Origin: Gekko japonicus
Taxonomy: Eukaryota
DNA: 64,000 nt
NCBI RefSeq assembly: GCF_001447785.1
Contig: NW_015174867.1
Span: 619,641 to 683,640 of the forward strand
Direction: 5' to 3'
Shown here: in pieces, positions 12,466 to 25,996 of the stretch
Position numbering within the stretch: position 1 is the stretch's first letter
How the letters are laid out: every line of letters begins with the position of its first letter
Program-made: the position numbers and the translations under genes
Notes under the pieces: model-generated
The model's input: only the letters and a program-made list of their open reading frames with translations
Told to the model about the DNA's origin: nothing
Database searches by the model: none

Positions 12466-15080
12466 TAGCAGTGTGCATTTGGCTGTATCCAAGCTGAAAA
12501 AAATACCCGAAAAATACCTTACTGATATTTTGGGTATTTGTAAAGCCATCTACAGATCAGAGAATCTGACCAGCAGAGAATCTGACCAGCAACCGGTATA
12601 GTTGATCCCAAATACAGCCAAATGTTTTGATGCTTTCCCCCAGGTATTTTAAGCTATACCAAATAGCCAGTGGTGGAGAGGTTTAAGGGGCTGCAGACAC
12701 TTCCAGGGCAACAGGAGGGAGGGGGAAGAGGCATCTCTGCAGCCCAATGGCAAAAGCACCATAGGGGGAGCTGTAGTGTCTTAGAACCAATCATTGCAAT
12801 TCTTTTGCAAATGGCACTGCATTGCAGGTTTGCAACTTGCAAAGTTATTGGCTTCAAAGGTGAAGTCCAAACTACCTTGCTTTCCCCACCCATTTTCCAG
12901 GAGACGGGGGGGGGGGGAGAGGAGCAGTGGCAATTTGGTGAATAGGATTTCAGGTTAGGGGGAATATTGCTCTTCAGCTGATCATAGAAGTTTTGTTCTT
13001 TTTTGAAATTCTTCTGTGCATGGGCAAAGAGCATAAAAGCAAGGGTCTGGCTGAACTAGACTCTATTGCTGAGAGAGGTTTGGAGAGTGTACAGCTGGCT
13101 TTGGCTTCAGCTGCTGCTCCGAGCCTGACTCCTGCTGCCTGGGACACTTTGCTGTGGACTTCCTGCCTGCCTGCCTGCCTGCCTGGAGAAGAGTGTAGAC
13201 AGTGATTGATTTGACTGAACAACATTTTTAGAAAAGTTTTCATATTTTACTGTTAGTTGTTCTTTGGGCTTGGTAGGTGGTAGGTTGTGGGGGGAGGGCA
13301 TTTTTGGGTTCCCTTTGGTTAAGTTTTAGTTCCTTCTGATTCTTGTTGCTTGCAGTTTGGAGTTTTTTGTTACTTGTTGATTGGGCCTGGTGGTAGGTTG
13401 TATGTGTGTGAGGGGGTGAGGCCAAGGGCCTCAGACCTTTTTTTAGTTCTCTTTGTTTTTATTCTTGGGTTTTAGTTCCTTCTGGTTTTGTGGCTTTGTT
13501 GTTGTGTGGGCCTGGTGATAGGTTATGTGCAGGTACCTTGGACTGAACGACTCTGTTTTGCCTGACTTCTGGACCTCTGAACTTGGACCGAATGACCCTG
13601 CATTGCATCTGATAATAAGAGCCTGCAAGGCAGTAAGGGAGCGGGGGGAGGCCAAGGGTTCCTTCCTTCTGCTTTGGTTCATGGCTTTGATTCTTTGGAG
13701 TTGCTTTAGTACTTGGTTAACTTATTCATTTTTTGTTCTGTTTTGGGAGTTGTGAGTATGTGGGATTCTGCTTGTGTTTTTAAAAAAAAAATCTGTTATT
13801 TTACTAGAATTTTCTCTCTCTCTTCTTCACCATCCTTTGCTGTTTTCTTCTTTTTCTCTTTTTTTGAGAGTTGGGGAGGTGAGGCTTTGTTGCTTGTTTC
13901 CTCTGCCCCCCCCCCTCTTGTTTTGGTCTGGTGTGTGTGTGTGTGTAGAAGGGCTTTTGGTTTAGGTTCTTCTTGCTTTCTCTTCTCTAAAGTCCTTTCC
14001 CCCACCTTTCCGCCCAGTAGTCCCCCACCCTGTATTTCTTCCCTTTAATTTCTAGAAGGCTGGGTTTTTTGGTGGTGTGGTGTTGGGGTTCATTGTTCTG
14101 TATTGCAAGTGTGTGCTTCTGGTTTCATGGGCTGAGTACAAACTTAGGTGCTGCTAAATAGGCTTTTAGTAATCAGGGTCTGTTTTAGGAATTGTTTAAT
14201 TAAATTACAGCTCAGGGCTTTATTTCCTCCTTAACTAGGCCAGTGCTAGGAGGATATTAAAAGAGGCAAGGTTGTGTGTGTCTTCAAACAGTGGTATAAT
14301 AGCCTAGACCTAGATTAACATTTAAAAAGCAGTGTGCGGTGCTCTGAGCTTCAGTGAAAGCAGGTGCTTTTAGACAAATTTCCCTTTAGGTTGTCCTGTA
14401 GCTTTTCAGTGTTCAGGAGGAGTGCCTACATTTCCATAAAGAAAAGCAGGCTTGTTCCAATAGAATCTAGTCAGGAGAAGTGTAATAAAGAGTTTTAAAC
14501 TTTTAAAAAGTTCTGCTGGTTCTGCCACTGGGCACTAGTAGGTTGGCACTGGGTTGTGCTGCTGGACACTATTGCACTGGTTCTGCTGTCCTTGCAACTC
14601 CCTCTCTCCCCCTCACTCAGATTGTGATTCTGTACTTGACATCAGTCCTGTTGAGCTGGCATTTGGGTTCTGCCGCTGGGCACTATTAAGTTGGCTCTGG
14701 GTTCTGCTGCTGGGCACTAGTACATTGCACTGGTTCTGCTGTCCTTGCAGAAATGCTGCCCCTCAGTTTCTACTTCAGAGATTCTCAGATTTGACCTTAA
14801 CCCTGTTGGGTTTCGGCACTATGATAATGGCACTGGTTCTGCTGCTGGCCTTGCAAAAATGCCCCCCCCCCTTCTACTGCAGAGATTCTCTGGGACATTC
14901 TACTCAGTGTGCGATGGGAATAAAAAAAGGCAAATGCTATGCTGGGGATTATTAGAAAGGGATTTGAAAACAAATCTGTATTGGTTGGATGATGCTACTG
15001 GAACTAGGAGCTCAAATCGGGGTGAAAGGTTTTTTAAAAATAATATGGGATTGAAAAGGCCATTAGAAACATACATATTC
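12466..15080. mobile_element. Long degenerate non-autonomous DNA-transposon-like repeat
   Basis: gtgtgcatt..aaaaatacccgaaaaatacc terminal-type motif; internal gggttctgctg repeats (14520-14900) recur inverted at 30960-31330; boundaries approximate. Confidence 0.4.
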
Positions 15081-16185
15081 TAAACAGTTGATATTATTAT
15101 AACACCTAATAAGCAAGTCTGCTTTCAGATTCACATCATGATGTGTAGTATTTCTGATGTATTATGTAGCCAAAAATGTATCAAAGAAAGATTTCCCTTC
15201 TGTTGAAAAACCTATATTAAAACTCAAATTGTAGATTTTCTTTAAAAAGATATCTTGTTTGCAAGCAGAAATCTTGTTTGCAAGCTTTAGTTCCATTTCG
15301 TAGAACAGCTGCCTGTATTTTAGAGTAGAATAACAGGCTTTTGAGAGAAGGAAACATGACAAGCTGAAGGCAGCTGTTATTTTTTTATGCTGTGCCAACA
15401 TTTTTTCTGTGCTACATCTCTGACAAATGAATCTGCATTCATAAGGATGGAGAGGATTATTATTCCTGAATAAATTTGGTTCTATTATCATTTGAAAGGG
15501 TACAAATAACTTTTTTTTAAAATGAATTGTTGTCATTTTAGATCGGCAAGGATCTTCTAAGACAGATTTTTGTTAACAAAGTGGGAATGTGGATAAAATA
15601 TGGGAGCAACTATTCACTGGACTGGAGAATGAACTGGTGAAGGGAAGCAGGTTTATTCCTGCTGCTGTCTCTGCCTCCAACACATCCGGTCAAATGCAGA
15701 TGTCTGTGGTGGAGCTTGTCACCATGATCTTGCCATCTGATGCCATATATTAATTCTGTGTCCAGTATCTAAAAATATGCACACCAGAGTTGCCACTCGA
15801 GTTCATATACCCTGGGCTTAGAATATGCACTTCCTCAGTTCATATAGCTTGTCTTCAACATGAAGGGAAGCATTATAATCCTGAATACTTCTCTGATTTG
15901 GACTGTATCTCTGAGCCAGAGAAAAACTCTTCTTTCCCATCCTTGCGAGTGCCACGTATCCTGCAGCTGCAGCAGCCATAACAGATGACTAACCAGGTGA
16001 TGTGTGTGGGTGAATGAATGGATAGAACATCTTCCTCTCCCTGACACCGACTCCTCCTCTTCTTCCTTCCCTGGTACCTTGGATGCTGTTTGGGAAGGTC
16101 CAAGAGAGCAATCCTAAACAGGCCTACTAAGAGTCATACTCAGATCTCTCAGGATTGCATTGCAAAGCATCAGGGTGTACTCTGG

Positions 16186-16743
16186 GAAGAAGAAGAAGAA
16201 GAGGAAGAGGAAGAGGAAGAAGAGGAAGAGGAAGAGGAAGAGGAAGAGGAAGAAGAAGAAGAAGAAGAAGAAGAAGAAGAGATTGGATTTATACCCTGCC
16301 CTGTCTCAGAGCGGCTTACAACTCCTTTCCCTTCCCCTCCCCACAGCAGACACCCTGTGAGTAGTGTTCCCTCTAAGCTGTGTTAGTGTGAGCTAGCTCA
16401 GTTTTTTAGCCTCCGGCTCACACATTTTTGTCTCAGCTTAGGAAGGACAGCTCCAGAGCAAAGTAATTTATGCAGCGGCCAAATCGCTTGCTCACAACTT
16501 TAATACCAGGAGCCCACAAAGTGGAATTTTTGCTCCCAAGACTCCACAGCTTAGAGGGAGCATTGCCTGTGAGGTAGGTGGGGCGGAGAGAGCTCTAACA
16601 AAAACTGCTCTTTTTCAAGGACAGCTCTTATCAGAACTATGGCTTGCCCAAGGTCATCCAGCCAGGTGGAAGTGGAGGAGTGGGGAATCAAACCCTGTTC
16701 TCCCAGATTAGAGTCCGCGCACTTAACCACTACACCAAACTGG
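16186..16743 (-). mobile_element. tRNA-derived SINE (Squam3-like) with an expanded (TTC/CTC)n tail; contains a hAT MITE
   Basis: Reverse head ccagtttggtgtagtggttaagtgcgcggactctaatctgggagaac..ggtttgattcccc; L2-like 3' end; GAA/GAG run at 16186-16280 is the tail. Confidence 0.8.
16362..16565. mobile_element. hAT-type MITE, copy 2 (same family as 4121-4326)
   Basis: Homologous throughout; perfect 8-bp TSD cctgtgag (16354-16361, 16566-16573). Confidence 0.9.
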
Positions 16744-16997
16744 AAAACGAAAGATAGAGTTGGGGGGGGGGGGAGAAAAGGAGATAACAGGCTTTTGTTT
16801 CCTTATCCACTCATCTGTCCATTGGTAAGCTGCTTTTCAGCTATTTCACAGAGAATACAAGACTGTACAGGAGAAGAAGGAATTCCTGCCTTCTCCCCCA
16901 TTCTGTTTTCAGAAGGCCACTGTGGTGGGGGGGGGTTGCTCCATTAGGCACCAGTATGTGCAAGTCAGGTGGTATCAAGTCATCCAGAGGGTGCTGC

Positions 16998-17475
16998 CTA
17001 GGGATACCAGCCTCCAGGTGGGACCTGGGGATCCCCTGGAATTACTGCTCATCTCAAGACTACAGAGAAGTTTCCCATGGAGAAAGTGGATGCTTTGGAG
17101 GGGCTTTATGACATTGTACCTCACTGAGGTCCCTGTCCTCCCCAGGCTCCACCCCCAAATCTCCAGGAATCTCCCAGCCTGGATCTGAAAACTTTACCTC
17201 CCAATCCCCTGCCGGTGGCCAGGGGGGACCTGGCAACACTACACTGCTGCTAGGCCTAGGGTGCCAGCCTCCAAGTGGGACCTGGAGACCCCTAAAAATT
17301 ACAGCTGCACTCTAGACAGCAGAGATCCATCTCCCTGGAGAAATGGCTGCTTTGGAGGGTGGACTCTGTGGCATTATACCCAGCTGTGGCCTCTCCCTTC
17401 CCTAAAACCAGCCATCCTCCTTAGAGTCCACTGCAAAACCTCTGGGAATTCCCCATTCCGGCACTGGCAACCTTT
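16998..17475. mobile_element. Two adjacent copies of the tagggttgcc..ggcaacccta non-autonomous DNA element
   Basis: Shared core ccagcctccaggtgggacctgg..ccctggagaaaatgg..ttggaggg..ctggcaac. Confidence 0.7.
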
Positions 17476-19339
17476 ATCAGGCCTGGCCTCAAGGCTCCCT
17501 CCCTGAAAGGCCAAAATAGGCCTGGAAAGGGTCATTCCCCCTCCCCTTTACTGACAGAGCCAGTTAGAAGCCACTCCCCTCCCCAAACATTCTAATCTCT
17601 CACCATTGATGCCTGGAGTATATCAAAAGTTATTTGGGGGAATTCAACCCTCCCTAAGTGGTTTTTTAAAAAACTTTTTAGATTTTTCTGCAAACCCAGA
17701 AAGTCCCCTGAGTCTGTAGAAAAAGCTGTTGGGGGAGAGTGAGGCCACTGTTGGTGGAAATAAGTATCTGCATGGAAAACAGACCTTAGCTATTAGATGT
17801 ATAGAAGTGTGAGAGGGTCTAATCAGGTATTCAGGCTGAGAAAGCCTGACAGGACCTTTCCTTAGAAACAGGGAGTATATAACAGGCTGAATAAATATCA
17901 TTCAGAGGTGTCTCTCTGATTCTAATAAGTTAATGTGTACTTCAATCCTTAGTGCAGCTGTTATTACAATGTAAGCAAATAAGTGCCTCAGCCAAGTTAT
18001 TTCATGCCTGTATTTGGAAGCCTGTGCTTGCTGAAGTATTTAAACAACTATCCTAAGTTAAACATTTTGATGCTGTTCTTTTTTACTCTTGCCTCAGAAA
18101 CTATGTGACCATAATTTCACTTTAGGTAGGTGTGGAGAAGGTTTATAGCGACAAGCCTACATTCCCCCCCAAATTATAGGAGGCTGCCCCAAAGGACTTT
18201 CATAGAACCTTATATCAACTGCTGCTGACTTAGATCTGGAGATACTAAATACTGAACCCAGGACCATGAGGGTCAAAAGCAAGCAGTCTGACAATGAGAC
18301 ACAAAGCTGAATCCCGTCAGGAAATGAGCTTGACAGATTTTCCTCTGGAATGACAATTGGGAAGATTTTTGTGGCTTGAGTGGGTACCTCTGGAAATTGT
18401 CTCCATGGAGACAGCTCCTTGGGGGCTCCAAAAGTAGAGATCCATAAAATGTGGAAACTGAGCCTTTCTCTCTGCCCTGTGCTCCTCACTCACTGTGGAT
18501 GATCAGGGCATCTCATTTGTCCATTTGTTGAGGTATAACAGGCATTACCATAAGAGACCTTCAAATTAATGCATGGAATAGTTCAGTATTTCAAAAGGAA
18601 TTTTCCTCACAAGATTTTTGGGCTGTATTTGTCACCTCATTGTGTCACATTAGCATCATCTGAAGAATGATATTTACCCACCAGGAATCAATCTGGCCTT
18701 CCTTGGAGGCTGTCTAAGCAATGCAAGCATGACTTATCAGTAATAGTCTTTGACTAGTCATATGAAATATGTCCAGATCTGAAGGGAATTCATAACAAAT
18801 GCTTACTGAAAATGGTACTAGTATTTTTTAAAAAGAGCCGTATGAAGTGTGAGAACCATGTTTGACAGATGGGGAAAGCTGGCTAAGATCCGGAGCTTTG
18901 GGGAATGTTAAACACAACAACAGAGAAATCCTCCCAAGGACTAAGTAACACTAAGGAGACATAACAATTCAGTGATATTAAAAATGCTATACTTCCCATT
19001 TCCTCTCTTTCTGCAAAAGGAAATACAAACTCATAAAATGAAAAATACTCATGACCTATTTTTAGAGCCATAACGACAGCAAATTCCGTTACCCTGTATT
19101 AACCCCTTCTATAAGCACAATTTAACGAGTATGCTATTTCAAGTTTAAAAAGCTTTATAAGAACTTCAGGTATTTCCCTCTCCCATATTCTCCCACCTTG
19201 CCCACATAGTTCCAGTATCCTTTCCCCCCTCCTATCCCCTGCAGCAACCTAAAATGCCCTCTGAATATAATTTTTTCCCTTCTTTATTTCCCTTTCTGGG
19301 GTTTTAATCACCATCCCATCCCTCCATCCCCCGTTTTCA

Positions 19340-19410
19340 GATTTTTCTACAAATCTGTGATTTGTGATTTTTCTACAAATCTGTGATTTTTCTACAAATC
19401 TGTGATTTGT
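19340..19410. repeat. ~21-bp tandem repeat (gatttttctacaaatctgt) x3
   Basis: Direct reading. Confidence 0.8.
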
Positions 19411-22084
19411 AGATTTAGATCAAATAATATCAGCATCAATATTAATCCCACAAAATAATCAATAAAAATCAATGTCCAATAATAAATCAGTCTAATCGTT
19501 TATCTTGGGTATAATTTATAAACTCCCTCACTCAACATACAACAATAATAAAAGTAATATAAAGCACAGTAACTCATTTTTAGTGTTAGGACTGCAAGAG
19601 TGTGTCAACGGTGGAAGCAGCATCCAGGACAGACTAGGGCAAAGAGACTGACACCTACAGCACCTCCTCCAAGTGATTTTTATTGCAGCAGAGGGGCATG
19701 GGAACCACAGGAGAAGACATTTGTCAGCCTCAGATGAGGAAGTCCCATCATTATACTGACAATTAACATCCAAGTACTCTAGAAGCGACTTGGAAGGCAG
19801 GAGTTGTTTTCCCCAAGGATGGAGGATTGCTACTACTGGGTCACTACAGAAGGGGCAACACTACTGGAGATCTTCCTTTCGGGGTTGCTGCTTCTGGAGG
19901 CAGCAATGGAAGGTTACTTATGCTGTAGGTAAAGATGTGCAACAGTGGGCTGTTGTGGGTGTTAGGTTGGGCTGATAAAACTCAGAGCCAGGTGAGAGCT
20001 GAGCATGATATGGATAGCTTAGCCCTTGGTTAGTGGAGGGGAGCTTTCCCATACTATGAACTGACACAGCTTGAGTAGCCCAAGGAAACTGGTGGTGTGT
20101 ACTACCCCAGTTATCTCTGCTATTTTTATGGTTTTCTAGCTATCTGCTAGAATATCTGGAGAAGAGTATGTGCACATGAAAGGTGCCACTGGACTCAAAC
20201 TTTGTTTAGCTATCTACTGACATTTTTGACATATGTGACCAGAAACTCATGCTGGTATGGGGAAGTGGGAGGGAGGCATTCCTCCCCCCCCCCAGCTTGC
20301 AGTAGAACTGTGATGGAAGATAGATGGACCCCACATGAAAGTAGGGGAGGCAGCGAGATGGTTAGTGCCTATTCCCCTTTTTGTTTCTTCTCACAGTCAA
20401 GGACATCTGATTGTCATCCCAACAAGTCACCAGATTTACAAGTGTTGCTGCTAAAGGGCGGTATAGTACTAGGAAAAATATCTGCCATTCCTGACTTTAT
20501 TATAAGTTAGAAGTTTGACCAGGCTGGACAAATCTGGTAGGACTAGTCCCACCCAGTTGTGTTCAACAGGGGTTTTAGTTCACTGCCAGCCTAGACAGCA
20601 GTCAGGGAGAGGTGTTACATAATGCCACTTGTGCTTTTGCTTCTAGCTATGTACAACAAACTATATAAGCAGAACATAAGATGATAAATGCAATGCATCT
20701 GGCTGGAGACAGTGTGGATATATTGCAAAGGCTCACATGGGCAAAGAACAGAAAATGTTAAAAGCCCTCCCATCACAGCCTTCCACTTCATTTTACTTTG
20801 TGAGCAGATATGTTTAAACTTCAACTTCAGTTCTGATGTTGCAAGTAGATCTTATGGCTGACTACAGCTTTTGTCAACTAATTAGCACATGTGCATTGAA
20901 GCAAGAAATCTGAAAGGGACAGAGCAACAGACCAAATGGCAACACCATGGCTGGAAGAAGAAAAAAAAGAACCCGATTTTTCACACTGGTCCAGTGTGAG
21001 TGATAATGAAGATGATTTTGGACAGTTGACAAGTTTTTAATTACATTATTGGCTTAGTGCTTAAAAAAAAGATGTGCTATCAGCATTACCTCTCTATGGT
21101 ATCATGGTTCTTCCACTTCTAAATGGTTTTATTTTTTGGTATGCCAGCATATTCCTGTACTTCATAGGACCACAACTTTCACTTAAAAGTTCCATTTATA
21201 TTTTATGTCTTCCAAGAAATCATAACTTACACCAGCTCACAAGCTTTCCCTGTGACCTCACTAGGATATTTCTGTTCATTCTTACCCCCCAAAGCACCTG
21301 TCTTCTTGACCCTGTGGTAATGTGTCATGGCAGGTCACTGCCAACATAGTACTCTTTTCTTTTCTAGGCATGGTTCATGGGGGATCAGTATTCCAAGTGA
21401 CAACAGGATCAAGTGAGGTCAGGAGAGATCAAGAGTGTCATCATAAGTAGAGTTACACCCTTCTTTACATCCCTTAACTTGAATGAATTTAGAGGGGTGG
21501 CACTATGAGCCAGGTACATAAAATATATCTTTTCCTTTATACCTCTGTAACAGAAGGTGTTTAAAATGTACCTTTTAAGGAAATGAAAGTTGGGAATTCA
21601 GAAAACTGCGTACACACATTGCTATACCATTATACTGATATAAAACTATTCAGTTGCTGATTTTTTTAAAAATAAAAAGTCCTCATAGTGGGGAAGAAAA
21701 GGCTCCTGCAGGATTCCAGGAGCCCAGAGAACTGCCTACTTGTTCTGCTCTCTTCAATGTTGGCAGTGGTGAGAAACCTCTAGTGGGGCAGATGTGTAAG
21801 TCTGGGACTCACATCCTCTCTTTCCCTCTCCCCCTTCTCAATGCTGTTGTGTCCTGGGGAAGGGGGAGACAAAAATAATGGTTTTGAATTTTTGAGATCT
21901 CAGAAAACCCTGAAAAAAATCCCAAATCAGAAATAATACTTTCAAAAAACCCAAGATAATGAAAACAGTGACCTTCCCAAAATCTAGATCTGAAATTATT
22001 ACTTATTTGGGGTGGAAATGTACACCCCTGGTTTATACTACTGTACTGAGTTTATACTACTGTATACAGTAGTTTATACTACTG

Positions 22085-22422
22085 TACTGAGAGTCCCTTG
22101 GACTGCAAGAAGATCAAATCAGTCAATCCTAAAGGCAATCAAACCTGACTTCCCTGGAAGGCCAGATACTGAAGCTGAAGCTCAAATACTTTGGCCACTA
22201 AATGAGAAGGGAGCACTCACTGGAGAAGACCCTAATGCTGGGAAAGATTGAAGGTAAAAGAAGATGGGGACGGCAAAGGATGAGATGGTTAGACAGTGTT
22301 ACCAATGCAATGAACATGAAATTGAGCAAACTCCAGAGGACGGCGGAAGACAAGAGGGCCTGGCGTGATATGGTTCATGGGGTCACAAAGAGTTGAACTG
22401 AACTGTGTGACTGAACAACAAC
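22085..22422 (+). mobile_element. Bov-B (RTE) LINE 3' end
   Basis: LRVPWTARRSNQSILK and MRREHSLEKTLMLGKIEGKRRWGRQRMRWLD..AWRDMVHGVTKS with a frameshift; (CAA)n tail. Confidence 0.9.
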
Positions 22423-22649
22423 ACTGAGTTTTTCACCCTTTATCTCCTTCATCTGACATGCTGCCTTGGTAGCACAGGAAGGAAGGTGCTGGAGTTTAGG
22501 CCTGATCTGCACAGTCAGCTCAACAAGGTAGTAAGTTTCTGAGGCAGTAGAAGGGGCTGTAATATTTTAGCCAGGAAGTGGGGGTTGCTAGGTACAATTC
22601 TTTTTCATCAATAGAGTTTTGTCAAAATTATTTCAGAACATCAGCATTG

Positions 22650-22990
22650 CACCTCTCATGGTTTGAATGGTTAGAAATGGAATTCACTGCCACAGGAAGT
22701 GGTGGGAGCTACAAGCATGGACGGCTTCAAAAGGGAATTAGATAAGCATATGGAGCAGAGGTCCATCAGTGGCTATTAGCCACAAGGTATAGCTAGGGGC
22801 TCTGGGGCAAGTGATGCTCTGTCTTCTTGGTGCTTGGGGGGGGTCAACAGTGGGAGGGCTTCTAATGTCCTGGCCCCACTGCTGGACCTCCTGATGGCAC
22901 TGGTATTTCTGGCCACTGTGTGACACAGAGTGTTGGACTGGATGGGCCTTTGGCCTGATCCAACATTGGCGTCTCTGATGTTCTGAATGT
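22650..22990 (+). mobile_element. CR1 LINE 3' end and 3' UTR
   Basis: WNSLPQEVVGATSMDGFKRELDKHM motif followed by the typical squamate CR1 UTR. Confidence 0.85.
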
Positions 22991-23296
22991 TATGTGATAG
23001 AATAATCCCAGTTTCTTGGAATTGGGATCCAAGACTTGCAAATCTGAGAATGTGTAAAGATACTAAATGAAATGCTATCCAATGATGTCCTATAATTTCA
23101 CCAGCTTTTGTTTTGAGTTCAGCCACAGATAGTAAGTCTCAGAAGAAAAATCTTAAGAGTTATTCTGAAAGATATGCAAACACTGGGAGAAGAAATTATA
23201 AATGTGTGCTTTGTGTCCCACAGCTGAGCAACAGACTCTAAAACATCGGTCCTTGTGCCCTCATCATGTAAATAGGGCTTTTAGATGGTGCAATCA

Positions 23297-23474
23297 TAGG
23301 GATCCCAAGTCCCACCGGGGGGGTGCTTTGGACAAGGTGGAGGAGACAGGCACCACTTCCAGCCATTTGGTGTATGAGTCTACCACGGCGTGCACGTGCT
23401 TCGTGCACGCACGCGTGCACAAGACGCCAGCCGGGAGCCCCCCACTCCCGGCGAAGATAGACTTGGCAACCCTA
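23297..23474. mobile_element. 178-bp hAT-type MITE carrying a Gypsy integrase fragment
   Basis: Ends tagggatccc / ggcaacccta; perfect 8-bp TSD tgcaatca (23289-23296, 23475-23482); 23324-23386 on the minus strand reads VVDSYTKWLEVVPVSSTLSKA. Confidence 0.8.
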
Positions 23475-23894
23475 TGCAATCATGGAAATGTACACAGTGA
23501 TTTGAAACACTATATGAAGATATATGGCAAGGTGTTTAGCACTTGAACGGTTTAAATTGCCAGTTCCCAGAGCTCCAATCCCACGCTGCTTAGCAAAGCC
23601 TGGATTTAGGAACCCAGGAGGTGAGTAGATAATGTGGTTTTTTCCTGTGTGAACATCACTTAACCCCCCCCCCCCATAGAGGGTGTGAGGGTGTTGTGAG
23701 AAAGAACCACAGTATTTAATTGCCACATGTGTTACATCCTGAATCCAACTGGCCCTTCTTGGTAGCACTCTTCTCACTTTTCTGACCTGAGTATAAGAGC
23801 TGATAGATTTTAATTCTTATTTGTGTCTGATGACATGAACATTGACTTATGAAAGCATGTACCCTAGACAATTTTGTTGTGCTTTAAGGTGCTA

Positions 23895-24210
23895 AAGGTT
23901 TCCCTTGCTTGAAAGCTAGTTGAATCGGACTCTTGGGGGTGGTGATCATCTCCATTTCCAAGCCAGAGAGACAGCGCTGTCCAAAGACGTTTTTGTGGAC
24001 ATGTGGCCGGCATGACTAAACACTGAGGTTCACGGAACACTGTTACATTCCCACTGAAGCGGTATCTAATTATCTACTTGCAATTTTGTGGTTTCGAACT
24101 GCTAGGTTATCAGGAACTGGGGCCAGAGACGGGAGCTCACTCTGTCATGCGGCACTAGGGTCGAACTTCTGACCTACAGATCTTCTGGTCTGCAGCTCAG
24201 CATCTTAGCC
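23895..24210 (+). mobile_element. Sauria SINE
   Basis: aaaggtttcccttg..gactct.gggg.tggtg.tcatctcc..tgtccaaagac..catgtggccggcatgact..ttcgaactgctaggtt. Confidence 0.85.
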
Positions 24211-25629
24211 TGGATACTAATTAAGCTACTAATGGGAAATTTAAGATCTGAGGGTATAAACTGCTAGGAGCTACACTGCAGCCATGGAATATCTTGAGGG
24301 AGACTGCTTCCTTGCCACTTAATTAACATGTGTTTTGTACTTCACTCAGGCTTACAAAATTATCTCCCTGGGATGTGTCAGGAACACACATTGCTTCCTC
24401 CCATGCCACTGGCCAGGAGCTACACAATCCTCAGCAGCTGTGTTAAATCACTGCTATGGACACTGTTCTTGATCCCCCCCCCTCTTCAGTGCTCAGTTCA
24501 CGTTCCCCAGGGTTTCTGAGAATGGTTTTGTGGCGGGGTTTCCCCTTGCTTCCCTTCCAAGCTGGAGGTAAAATTCAAAAACATACAGATTCCCTCAGAT
24601 CTTCGTTCCCCCTTTCCTGGCCCCTGATGGTCTCTTCCCTGCCCACATGGAGGTTGTTCCACCCACTCTGCCTCTTCTGCCATCCTTTGGTGTGCAAACT
24701 CCTTTGTCCCTCATTGTTTTACATTTAAAACTTTTAAAGAAGCAGCGATGTGAGTCTAGTGTTAATCTCCTTACGCTAGACCCATGCCATTTGTAAAGAA
24801 CGTTAAATGTAAAACAATGAGGGACCTCCCCCCTTCCTTTCTGCTGCCCCCTCCACCAAGCACAGTGAGGATGGGACTCTCCCAGGCGGCTGTTCAGCTC
24901 CAGGGCTCAGGGTGATGCTGAAAAGCTCCTGTTCTGTGCCTCTCCCTGGGGCACAGAGCTGCTTCCAGTGGAGAAGGGTGACAAATCAGACCTTCATCCC
25001 ATTTGGGAAGACAGCCAAGGCCGTGCTGGGCTTTGCTGGGCTGGGGGAGGAAGAGGAAGGGCATAGGTGAGATCTGCCCTAGAAGACACTTTCCCTGGCT
25101 CGCTCCATGTGGAGATGTCTATTTCTATAACTGGATTAAAAAAATAGTAATTCAGGTTGTAGCAAGGCTTCTGAAGTTACCAACTCAATGATCACTTGCA
25201 GATTCAAAGGTAGGGCTTTCCTGATACCTATCTGCATATCTCAGAGTTACCTTTGTGTTTAAATCAGCTAATGTTGAAATTGTCCTCTGATCTTCCTCTC
25301 AGAGTTCCCAGTAGTGCTCTGATCTGCTTCCAGGCTGTTTCTTCCTTTCTCCAGACTCTCTCCATGCTTCCTGTTCCCCAGAAAGGGCACTAGTGGTGGA
25401 GGCTACTGGGGGATATAATCTCTAGACTCAACCTTTCTAGTGCACTCATCAAAACAGTTTTCCTTGTTCAAAGTCATGCTCCTTAAGAACCTGTGAGAGT
25501 TATAACAGGAGAAATCCAAGAAATCCCTTCTTCTGCATGTTAGCCCCAAATAGTTCTAACCGTAACCACTGTTTTGCTTGCAGAGAACTCCCCTTTAAAG
25601 TTGACTTGGAACTGAGACTCCAGACACAC

Positions 25630-25996
25630 TGATGTACAACACACTCACATATAAGGTGACACCTCGCCCCTCCAAAGGGCTCTCCTCCTGAAAAGTACAC
25701 AGACGGAGAGTGATTTCAGCAAAGCGTACTTTATTCGAACAGGAACAAGACGACTTTGGCCGGCTCGCAGGCTGGCTTATATCCCCTGAGAAACAGCCAC
25801 CCAAAACACACCCCTACTTCCCAATAGGTTATTTACAGTGGCCAAGAGTCCCATAGGCTCTCGGCCGGGAACCTAGCCCCTGATTTGAGTGGGCTAGGAT
25901 CCGCATAATCCATTGTCTCCTGGAGCAAAGCTCGATGTTTGTCTCTGACCGCGTGGAGCCTGAGCCAGCCATGCGGTCTGGACTGGATACATTACA
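25630..25996 (-). mobile_element. Probable solo LTR (Gypsy-type)
   Basis: TG..CA ends, TATA-like gatataag and AATAAA on the minus strand, CpG retained; no clear TSD. Confidence 0.55.

Noticed and set aside
14520-14900. CRISPR-like spaced repeats (ggttctgctg)
   Set aside because: Eukaryotic context, irregular degenerate units, and the same motifs occur in a dispersed repeat at ~31 kb
16090-16386. Poly-E, RG-rich and KR-rich ORFs
   Set aside because: Three frames of a GAA/GAG microsatellite that is a SINE tail
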